Part shown: in pieces, positions 8,273-15,641 of the stretch
Numbering within the stretch: position 1 is the stretch's first letter
How the letters are laid out: each line of letters opens with the position of its first letter
Assembly: GCA_023254445.1 (NCBI GenBank)
Contig: JALRLN010000003.1
Location: forward strand, 1 to 34,814
DNA: 34,814 nt
From: Candidatus Poseidoniaceae archaeon
GTDB lineage: Archaea > Thermoplasmatota > Poseidoniia > Poseidoniales > Poseidoniaceae
Direction: 5' to 3'
The notes under the pieces: generated by a model
Told to the model about the DNA's origin: nothing
Seen by the model: only the letters and a program-made list of their open reading frames with translations
The model's database searches: none
Position numbers and translations under genes: made by a program

Positions 8273-10828
8273 ATGGATGCACCCTCCATCGTCTTCGGCT
8301 TCCGGCCGACGGTGTTGGTTGGTCTCTTGCTGGCCACGTCCATCGCGGCCGTCTTTTGGCGAATCCTCGTTCCACGCCAACTCCAAGGCCTTCGTGTGGC
8401 CTTTCCAACCGGCACACGAAGGTACGAAGTGCATAGAGTCACCCAAAGCGTCGACGAAGCCCGCCGTTTGTTGGCCACGTCCGGGATGCGGCTCGGCGTG
8501 AGCGCCTACCTCATGGCGCTTGTCGGTGCATTGCTGCTGATTGTCGAGATCCTGCTGATGAACGGGGGCGTGCAGGAGGGCCTGTCCGCCGTCAACCTCG
8601 GACTGGCCATGCTCCTCATCGGTTTCACGTCGCTGACGTCCATCGGTGCCGCCCTTTCTGCCATGTTCCTGCCTTCAATCGGGCTTCAAAGGGCCAGCCT
8701 GCAGCACAACGACCCCAAACGACGACGGAGTTCCGTCCTGCTGTTCTTCGGTTGGATGTCGTTGACCGGCATGGCGTGGTGGGGGATGGCTGGCGTCGAA
8801 TCGTCATGGCGAACGAGCGTGACCCTGGTCGTGGCGCTGACACCACCTGTGTTGGCATACGGTCGAGTGCTTGGCTCATCGTGGCACGCCATGCGGTTCG
8901 AGCACGCTCGGATGGCTGTCGGGAAAACGTCCCCTTTCCGAGGGACGTCCCCCAAACCTCGGCAGCAAGCCTTCGCAATGATCGTCAACATCAACCTCAT
9001 CGCGATGCCGTTGGTCGCCCTGAACACCTTGGTGACCCTCGTCATGATGTTGGCCACACCTGATGTGTTCGTTCACTCGGAGGCCGTGGTTTCACTCCCA
9101 GAGTACACGGCGCAAGCCACGGTGATGGAAGAAGGCGGCTTCCTTGGATTTTGGATGATTGAGGGATTGTCGGGCATCGACGACGCTGCCATCCGGGCTC
9201 CACTTGTTGCCTGCGTTCTGCTGTTCCTTTTGCTCAACGTGGCCATCGTCGGGCTGCTGTTTGTGTACGAAGTCGCCCGCATCATGTTCCTCGACCTGGC
9301 GGAGGTCTCTGGGCGGGGCGGCATCCGCATCACGGACAGCCGGTTGCTGAGGGCGGAGCGGAGTCAGCAAGCAAAGGTCCTGAACTTCTGCTTCACGGGC
9401 TTTGCCGGTCAATCCATGCTCCTTGTGGCCTTGGCTGCCTTGACGTTTTGGGATTCCATCAACCTGCCTTCGGGTGCTGCATGCGGCGCGTGGGAACAGA
9501 CCGTCTGCCATGTGGTTGAGAAAGACGCAATGGAGTCCCTGACATGGATGCTGTCTGCTGGAGGGCAGGTTGCCTTCTTGGCGGTCTGGGCGCGTTCGTT
9601 TCGTGTCGGTCAGCACCTCCCGAGCATCGCGTTTGACGCAGCGGCAGGGGACGACCGGGAGCGTCTTGAATCCATGGAGGACATGATCTACCTCCGTCGA
9701 GGAGGATGGTTTTCGAGCCTGGCAAAGGACGAATGGAGCAGCACCCTCGAACGCTTTGAGGACGAATCGCACCAGTCCGTCAGCGCAGGATTGGAGGGGA
9801 TTGAGCTAAGCCGCCGAACGATGGCGAGGATGCAGGTGTTCGCCGCCCTTGGTCGATGGTCCGAGGCAGAAGAAGAAGCCATCTCGCTGATTGCCCTTTC
9901 CGCCCGTCGATCAGGCCACCATGCGAACGCCTTGCTCGCTGCCGCTTCCCTTGCGCAACGCGATTTCCCAGAAGCCCGGTCACGGTTGGCCACCCTCGCG
10001 GACGGCGACCTCACAACCAATCGACTCCGTTGGTTTTTGGCCGTGTGTCAGCCCCGCGCCACCTCGATTGACCCAGACATGCTTGCGTCCCTCATGGTGG
10101 ACCCCGTGACCCGCATGAACATCGAATTCTTGGAGCGCACAGCGGCCGGCATCGCAGAGGGTCCACGGCCAAAGCGTGACGGTGCCATGGCCCGGCGTTC
10201 CCTCCTTGGTGATGCCGCTCGCCTTCGACTTGAGGGGGCTTCGGACCGTGCGTTGAGCCTGATTGAAGACCACGTCGAGCGCTTCAACCTCTCACCAATG
10301 GAATGGCTCCATGGGCACGCGGTCCGGATCCTCCTCCACCTCGACGAGGGTCGAGTTGCCACTGCAGGCTCGCTTGCGCTGGCTTTGCCGCATGAGGCTT
10401 CCCGCCACCCGCATTACCGCGTCGCCCTCAACGCGTTGGCAGCGGTTGGGCAAGGAAGGCCTCCTGCAAGCGAACCAACTGGCATGACGTGGATCGACGA
10501 AGCCGTTGGCGATTGGATTCAAGCATGGCCGTCCCGTCACGAAGTGGCCGTCGGTCCTGTGTGGACGACCCGAAGCCTTCGTACCCACGCATGGGAGGCC
10601 AATCCATGGGTGCTTCACGACGCGCGGGGTCAAGCATCGACCATGCTGAGGCACATTGGACGCCCTGCGTCAAAGGTGCAATCGGAACTTTCTGGACGGG
10701 CACCGCCCAAAGGCCTGCACATGCACTTGTCTGGGGTGTTGGTGGACGTCGGTGGCTACCCGCTCGACCTTGGTTTGCCGGGACGTGTGGACCACGACGC
10801 CGTGCGGAAGGCTGGGTTGCTGGGCTGA
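8273..10828 (+). CDS. Large membrane protein of unknown family: roughly 9 TM helices in the N-terminal half and an alpha-helical, TPR-like soluble C-terminal half
   Basis: The ORF track frame begins at TTG 8261; the first ATG is 8273. Hydrophobic helices run through about aa 450. After that come helical repeats such as ARMQVFAALGRWSEAEEEAISLIALSARRSGHHANALLAAASLAQRDFPEARSRLATLA. I recognise no catalytic motif. Confidence 0.7.
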   Translation: MDAPSIVFGFRPTVLVGLLLATSIAAVFWRILVPRQLQGLRVAFPTGTRRYEVHRVTQSVDEARRLLATSGMRLGVSAYLMALVGALLLIVEILLMNGGVQEGLSAVNLGLAMLLIGFTSLTSIGAALSAMFLPSIGLQRASLQHNDPKRRRSSVLLFFGWMSLTGMAWWGMAGVESSWRTSVTLVVALTPPVLAYGRVLGSSWHAMRFEHARMAVGKTSPFRGTSPKPRQQAFAMIVNINLIAMPLVALNTLVTLVMMLATPDVFVHSEAVVSLPEYTAQATVMEEGGFLGFWMIEGLSGIDDAAIRAPLVACVLLFLLLNVAIVGLLFVYEVARIMFLDLAEVSGRGGIRITDSRLLRAERSQQAKVLNFCFTGFAGQSMLLVALAALTFWDSINLPSGAACGAWEQTVCHVVEKDAMESLTWMLSAGGQVAFLAVWARSFRVGQHLPSIAFDAAAGDDRERLESMEDMIYLRRGGWFSSLAKDEWSSTLERFEDESHQSVSAGLEGIELSRRTMARMQVFAALGRWSEAEEEAISLIALSARRSGHHANALLAAASLAQRDFPEARSRLATLADGDLTTNRLRWFLAVCQPRATSIDPDMLASLMVDPVTRMNIEFLERTAAGIAEGPRPKRDGAMARRSLLGDAARLRLEGASDRALSLIEDHVERFNLSPMEWLHGHAVRILLHLDEGRVATAGSLALALPHEASRHPHYRVALNALAAVGQGRPPASEPTGMTWIDEAVGDWIQAWPSRHEVAVGPVWTTRSLRTHAWEANPWVLHDARGQASTMLRHIGRPASKVQSELSGRAPPKGLHMHLSGVLVDVGGYPLDLGLPGRVDHDAVRKAGLLG

Positions 10829-12745
10829 TCAGCAACGACGGCGAAGGCGTTCCATCGCCGCATCGGCCTCGCTGAGCGCGCTCAGCGCCTGTTCGGTGGC
10901 CGCGGTCCGGATGGCCTGCTCCGCATCACCGAGATGGCGCTCAACGGCGAGGCGGTCTTCATCGCCCACACCGAGTCCTGCAGCGTGAGCACGTGGCCGC
11001 AAGGAGGCCCATTCTTCTCGAAGGAAGGCGTGCAGTTGGTCGGCTTCGCCAAGATCACGGTCAAGGGCCGCAAGGTCTGCGGTAAGGGCATCGAGACGAC
11101 GTCGTGCGAGGGTCCATTCCTTCGCTTCGGTCGCTTCTTCGACCGCCGTCAGCCGCTCAAGCCATGATGCTTGGTCCTCGAAGCCTTCGAGGCGCTGGAC
11201 GATGCTCGACTTTTGGCGCAAACCACGGCGAACCGCGTCCATCGCTTCACGTTCGACCGTGAGGCTTCGGCGCACGCCTTCGGCCAACCCGGCGGCTTGA
11301 CGCCCGTCGCCTTCAGCCAAGGCTGCGTCTGCTGCATCGAGGCGTTCTCGGTGAGGTTGGAGGTTCAGTCCATCGGCCGCTTCCAGAGCACGCCTGGCCT
11401 CGGAGAGCACACCCTGAGCGTCCTCCAAGGCTCCGGCTTCGGCGTCGAGTTGTGCGGGGATGGCTGAAGCGAGCACGTGGGCCTTTTCTGGGGCTTCCCG
11501 GAGCATGAAGCGTCGTGCCTCGTCAAGGGCTTCCTTGAGGGCAGCAACGTGGCTCCCCGAAGCGTTGCTGATGGCCATGGACGCCGTTTCAATGGCCGCT
11601 TCCGCTTTCGACCACCACGCGATGATGTCCAAGGCGCGGCGCTTGGCTTGACGAAACAAGGCTTCACCCTCGCGAAGCGAGCCGAGTTCGACTTCTCGCC
11701 GCGCCGCGTCAAAGAGGCTGCGTGGTTTTCGAGCGTTGGGTGCAACCGATGCTGCTTCGTCAACGGCGGCGAGGGCATCCGCCTCGATGGCCACCACGTC
11801 GTGCTCAAGGGAGATGGTTCGTTCGATGTCTTCCTCGGCGTCGTCCAACAACCGCATGCCGTGCTCAGGCTCGGTGTACCCTTCAGCCGCTGCTGTCCTG
11901 AGGAGGCTTGCTGCTTGGTCCACCCTGCGTCCGCTTGCTCGCAGTTCCAACAGGCGTCGTTCCAGCCCATCGAGGCGAAGGTGGAAGGCCTTGCGCAATC
12001 CGCGGTGCTCGTCTTCAATGAACCATGACCGAGCCGCCAGACCGCTTGCAAGGAGGGTGACGGAAGCACCAATCAGATCGTTTACGGAACCCGTATTTGT
12101 GCGAAGTCCGAACCACAACGACGCAGTGAGCACCGCTCCAAGACCAGTCAGGAGGGCCCGATACCGTGCTGCTTTGAAGCCCCGCCCGGTACCGTGGTGG
12201 GCCGTACGGAACACCATGCCGGCAAGGCAGACCAGCACAGCCATGGAGGCGATTCGCTCTGTTGCTGGCACGTCGACGTGCTGAAACGCCAGGAAAAGCA
12301 TCGGGGCCCAGGCAACGCTGGCGGCCGTGACCGCGCGCGCGGTGGCGTCTGCCTCATCGCTCGCGTGGTCGTGCACAAGGCTCCCGAAAATCAGGACGAG
12401 TGCAGGGACGCCGAGTGCGGCAAGCGGGGCGCCTTGCCCGTTGAGGACCGATTCGATGCCGGGCCATCCCAACCAAAAGGCGGCAGCAAGGGTGGCCAAC
12501 GTGACGATCATCGCCAACTGCCCGAGGTGAGATTCACGCCGTTGGCGCTCCGCATCAAGCGCGGCCTCAAGGTCAAACCATGCGTCCACGGGCGTGGCTT
12601 CGTGCCATACGGCATGAACCTTGGTCAACAGCGGACCGGAGGAGGGCGCCTCGGAATGTTCATGGGTGGACCCCATCGACAACAAGCGAGGGTCAACCAT
12701 GGTCGGTCTCATCACGATGGAGGACCTGAGCAACGAAGACGTCAT
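10829..12745 (-). CDS. Membrane protein of unknown family: about 6 TM helices at the N-terminus and about 400 aa of Ala/Glu/Arg/Leu-rich helical (coiled-coil-like) repeats at the C-terminus
   Basis: ORF track 638 aa with coding-like GC3. The start is ambiguous: in-frame ATGs lie at 12745, 12712, 12700 and 12676, and the first three would overlap the divergent pyrB start. The stop abuts the convergent gene at TGA|TCA. Confidence 0.7.
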   Translation of the reverse strand: MTSSLLRSSIVMRPTMVDPRLLSMGSTHEHSEAPSSGPLLTKVHAVWHEATPVDAWFDLEAALDAERQRRESHLGQLAMIVTLATLAAAFWLGWPGIESVLNGQGAPLAALGVPALVLIFGSLVHDHASDEADATARAVTAASVAWAPMLFLAFQHVDVPATERIASMAVLVCLAGMVFRTAHHGTGRGFKAARYRALLTGLGAVLTASLWFGLRTNTGSVNDLIGASVTLLASGLAARSWFIEDEHRGLRKAFHLRLDGLERRLLELRASGRRVDQAASLLRTAAAEGYTEPEHGMRLLDDAEEDIERTISLEHDVVAIEADALAAVDEAASVAPNARKPRSLFDAARREVELGSLREGEALFRQAKRRALDIIAWWSKAEAAIETASMAISNASGSHVAALKEALDEARRFMLREAPEKAHVLASAIPAQLDAEAGALEDAQGVLSEARRALEAADGLNLQPHRERLDAADAALAEGDGRQAAGLAEGVRRSLTVEREAMDAVRRGLRQKSSIVQRLEGFEDQASWLERLTAVEEATEAKEWTLARRRLDALTADLAALDRDLGEADQLHAFLREEWASLRPRAHAAGLGVGDEDRLAVERHLGDAEQAIRTAATEQALSALSEADAAMERLRRRC

Positions 12746-13631
12746 TGAGGTGCTCGACGCAGCCGAACGCCTGTTGCCCGTGGCCCGCGGTGAATCCTAC
12801 CTTCCGCTCTTGCAAGGTCGAATCTTGGGCAACTTGTTTTTCGAGCCGAGCACGAGGACAAGGATGTCGTTTGAAACCGCCATGAAGCGACTGGGGGGGG
12901 ACGTCGTCAACCTCGGTGACGTCAGCACGTCTTCGGTGGTGAAAGGCGAAACCCTGTTTGACACCGTTCAGATGGTCGACGGTTATACCGACATCATCGC
13001 TCTGAGGCACCCTCGCCAAGGCGCGGCCCGGTACGCGCAGGACGCCGCTCGTGTTCCCGTGTTGAATGGAGGCGACGGGGCTGGGCACCACCCCACGCAG
13101 ACCATGCTCGATTTGTTCACCATCCGCCAAGCGCACGGTCGGCTCGAGGGCCTCGATGTTGTGCTCGCGGGGGACCTTCGCTACGGCCGAACCGTGCATT
13201 CCCTCTCGCACGCTTTGGTTCGGTTTGGTTGCCGAGTCGTGCTCGCCAGTCCAGAACTGCTCAGGATGCCTTCCGAGATTGTCGAGGACCTTCGCGCGAG
13301 CGGAGGTGACGTGACGGAGACCACGGACCTGCACGCGAGCCTCGCCACCGCGGACGTCGTTTACATGACTCGGATTCAAAAAGAGCGGTTTGCGGACGAG
13401 GACGAGTACACCAAGGTGGCCGGCGCCTACAAGTTGCACGCCAGAGACCTTGCGGACGTGCGTTCAGACATGATCGTGATGCACCCGCTTCCACGCGTGG
13501 ACGAAATCCACCCAAGCGTGGACAGCACCCGACACGCGAAATACTTCGAACAGGCCTTCAACGGCGTGGTGACGAGGATGGCCTTGCTTTGCAGGTTGCT
13601 TGGTGTGGACGTTCCAGGAGGTGAGGCGTGA
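12699..13631 (+). CDS. pyrB: Aspartate carbamoyltransferase catalytic subunit
   Basis: ATCase motifs are present: LFFEPSTRTRMSFETAM, HPTQTMLDLFTI, MHPLPRVDEI. The length from ATG 12699 is 310 aa. The ORF track starts upstream at 12621. Confidence 0.95.
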   Translation: MVGLITMEDLSNEDVIEVLDAAERLLPVARGESYLPLLQGRILGNLFFEPSTRTRMSFETAMKRLGGDVVNLGDVSTSSVVKGETLFDTVQMVDGYTDIIALRHPRQGAARYAQDAARVPVLNGGDGAGHHPTQTMLDLFTIRQAHGRLEGLDVVLAGDLRYGRTVHSLSHALVRFGCRVVLASPELLRMPSEIVEDLRASGGDVTETTDLHASLATADVVYMTRIQKERFADEDEYTKVAGAYKLHARDLADVRSDMIVMHPLPRVDEIHPSVDSTRHAKYFEQAFNGVVTRMALLCRLLGVDVPGGEA

Positions 13632-14107
13632 TGTCGAACGAAAGCAGCATGCGTCGCGTGACAGCGATTCGAAACGGAACGGTGATCGATCACATCCCTG
13701 CAGGAGGGGCCTTGCGCGTGCTGGACCTGCTCGGCCTTCGTGACGGAGCGTCCGTGCCCGTTTCCCTCGTCATGAACGTGCCCTCCAAGAAATTAGGCTC
13801 GAAGGACATCATCAAGGTCGAAGACCGAGAATTGACCGGTGACGAACTCGCCCGTTTGGCCTTGGTGGCTGCATCGGCAAGCGTCGCCATCATTCGGGCG
13901 TACACCGTCGCGGAAAAGCGCGAGATCTCCCTTGGTGACGAGGTGGTGAATGTCGTTCGATGCACGTTCTCCAACTGCATCACGCAGCATCCTCGTGAGC
14001 CCCTGCCCCACCGGCTGCGCGTGGTGGACCGTGCGGAGGTGCACCTGCGATGCCATTATTGTGGCCGTCCTCAGGACCTCGATGCGTTGGTGAAGAACGT
14101 CATCTGA
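13631..14107 (+). CDS. pyrI: Aspartate carbamoyltransferase regulatory subunit
   Basis: The N-terminal domain reads VTAIRNGTVIDHIPAG. The C-terminal Zn domain has C-x4-C (CTFSNC) and C-x2-C (CHYCG). The gene lies directly after pyrB with a TGATG stop/start overlap and GGAGGTGA upstream. Confidence 0.93.
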   Translation: MSNESSMRRVTAIRNGTVIDHIPAGGALRVLDLLGLRDGASVPVSLVMNVPSKKLGSKDIIKVEDRELTGDELARLALVAASASVAIIRAYTVAEKREISLGDEVVNVVRCTFSNCITQHPREPLPHRLRVVDRAEVHLRCHYCGRPQDLDALVKNVI

Positions 14108-15062
14108 GCCCAAGGTGGCCTCGCATCTCGCACGCTTTGCACACGGGTCCTGACGAAGGCCCGTTGCAACGTTGGCACGCGTTGACGTGGTGTTCAGGCT
14201 CGCCAGATTCGGCGAGCGATCGAATCGCATCCAAGGTGCGCACCAAGCCATGTCGGGTGCCAGGGCGCTCCTCTTCGAGTTGAGCGACGGTTTCACGCAT
14301 CCTCCATCGTTGCGCTCCCTCAGCGTTCGGGCAGGTTTCATGGTGCATAGGGAGCCCACGATGCAAAGCGACAAGGTGCACCTCCTGTTCAGGAATCGGG
14401 CGAAGCGGGATGATGCGTGGAGCGAGCCCCTCTTCGACGCGGTGGGTGTGGGGCGCCATGCGCAGGCTGCGCTCCACTTCGCCAGCCACGAGGTTCATCA
14501 TCACCGTCTGAGCGACGTCGTCGAGGTTGTGGCCAAGGGCCACGACATCGGCACCGACGCGCTGAGCAAGTGCGTTGATGCCCTGCCGACGAAACACGCC
14601 ACAGTAGGCGCATGCCGTGGTGGGTGCGCCATCCTTCGTGCTTCGCCCCATGGCGTCCACCACGTCGTCCATGTCAAGGAACTCGAGATCCCTGAAGGCC
14701 ACGTGCTCAAAGCGCAGGCCGAGGTCTGCGCACAGTTGTCTCGCTGCTTCCATGGACGGCGGCCGGTACCCTTCAATGCCTTCATCGACACATCCCCCGA
14801 TCAACGTCACGTCGGGCCGCTGACCGAGCAGGTCGTGCAGCATGGAAAGCAGCACCGCAGAATCCTTACCTCCAGAGATCGCCACCAAAATCGTCGTATG
14901 GCGGCCATCGAGGTGGAGTTGTTGCCGGAGTTCTTTCCCGACCTTCTTTCGGACGGAGCGGTCGAGATGACGTCCGCAGTACCTGCGACCGGAATAGCGC
15001 TGATGGACGATGGCGGGCGCTGCGCAAGCGTCGCAACCCGGTACGTCGAAGGCACGCTCCAC
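14100..15062 (-). CDS. PP-loop ATP pyrophosphatase, TtuA / NcsA (Ncs6/Ctu1)-type tRNA 2-thiolation protein with N- and C-terminal zinc fingers
   Basis: The PP-loop is VAISGGKDS. The Cys triad candidates are GGCVDEG, CAYCG and HETCPN. The terminal CxxC pairs are CDAC...C and CQRC...CKAC. The start is GTG. The 3' end overlaps pyrI by 8 nt. Confidence 0.85.
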   Translation of the reverse strand: MERAFDVPGCDACAAPAIVHQRYSGRRYCGRHLDRSVRKKVGKELRQQLHLDGRHTTILVAISGGKDSAVLLSMLHDLLGQRPDVTLIGGCVDEGIEGYRPPSMEAARQLCADLGLRFEHVAFRDLEFLDMDDVVDAMGRSTKDGAPTTACAYCGVFRRQGINALAQRVGADVVALGHNLDDVAQTVMMNLVAGEVERSLRMAPHTHRVEEGLAPRIIPLRPIPEQEVHLVALHRGLPMHHETCPNAEGAQRWRMRETVAQLEEERPGTRHGLVRTLDAIRSLAESGEPEHHVNACQRCNGPSSGPVCKACEMRGHLGLR

Positions 15063-15109
15063 GCCCGCCCATCGGGCGCCCCCTGATGAGGTGTGCGACC
15101 AGGGACGCC

Positions 15110-15150
15110 AAAATTTTGCAATTGAAAAATTGAATTCTCAATTGAAATAC
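15110..15150. promoter_or_regulatory. AT-rich block in the divergent intergenic region. It contains the AAAATTTT palindrome and the 27-nt motif copy 2 (15119-15145, CAATTGAAAAATTGAATTCTCAATTGA). It is a candidate site for divergent promoters or an operator.
   Basis: Read directly. Together with 5361-5387 it is the only strongly AT-rich block I saw in the window. It lies about 50 nt from the thiolase start. Confidence 0.5.
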
Positions 15151-15323
15151 GAACCGCAGGAACTCCTGTCCCTATCTCCGTCGCGAACTCCCGCTCAGTC
15201 CTTCGGTTTCCAACGAGATCTGCTGAAGCATCCGTTCGGCTTCTGAATTGAACTCTCAAAACGTGCTCTTCCGCCGTTCCCACGGGAAAGGTCTTGAAGC
15301 CCGCCGTTGCGGGTGATGGCTCG

Positions 15324-15641
15324 ATGTCGACACGAGGCGCCGTGCTCAAGGCCTTCAAGCGCTGCAAAGGTGTTGACGAGGCCCTCCTCGTCGAACACGA
15401 TTCACCGCTCCCATCGCCGGACGACCAGATCGCACGTGCTGCGTTGGCCGTGGCGCAGGCGGCTGGCGTGGGGGCACTGGAGCATGTGCATCTCGCCGGT
15501 GATGCGGCGACGTCGATTTTCTTCGCGCCTCCTGGGCCGAGGGTGATGCTTCGCGGGGCCCCGGGCGGCCTCGGGGCATGGAGGTACACGCATGAACGCC
15601 ACCGTCCCATCCTCCAACACCTCGCGGAGGTGGATGCATGA
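15324..15641 (+). CDS. Small Roadblock/LC7 (MglB-like) domain protein (tentative)
   Basis: The 105-aa product has the Roadblock-like pattern: GVDEALLVEHDS...DQIARAALAVAQAAGVGALEHVHLAGDAATSIFFAP.GPRVMLRGAPGGLG. GC3 is coding-like. GGTGA lies upstream of ATG 15324 (the ORF track starts at TTG 15294). The stop overlaps the next gene as ATGA. Confidence 0.6.
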   Translation: MSTRGAVLKAFKRCKGVDEALLVEHDSPLPSPDDQIARAALAVAQAAGVGALEHVHLAGDAATSIFFAPPGPRVMLRGAPGGLGAWRYTHERHRPILQHLAEVDA

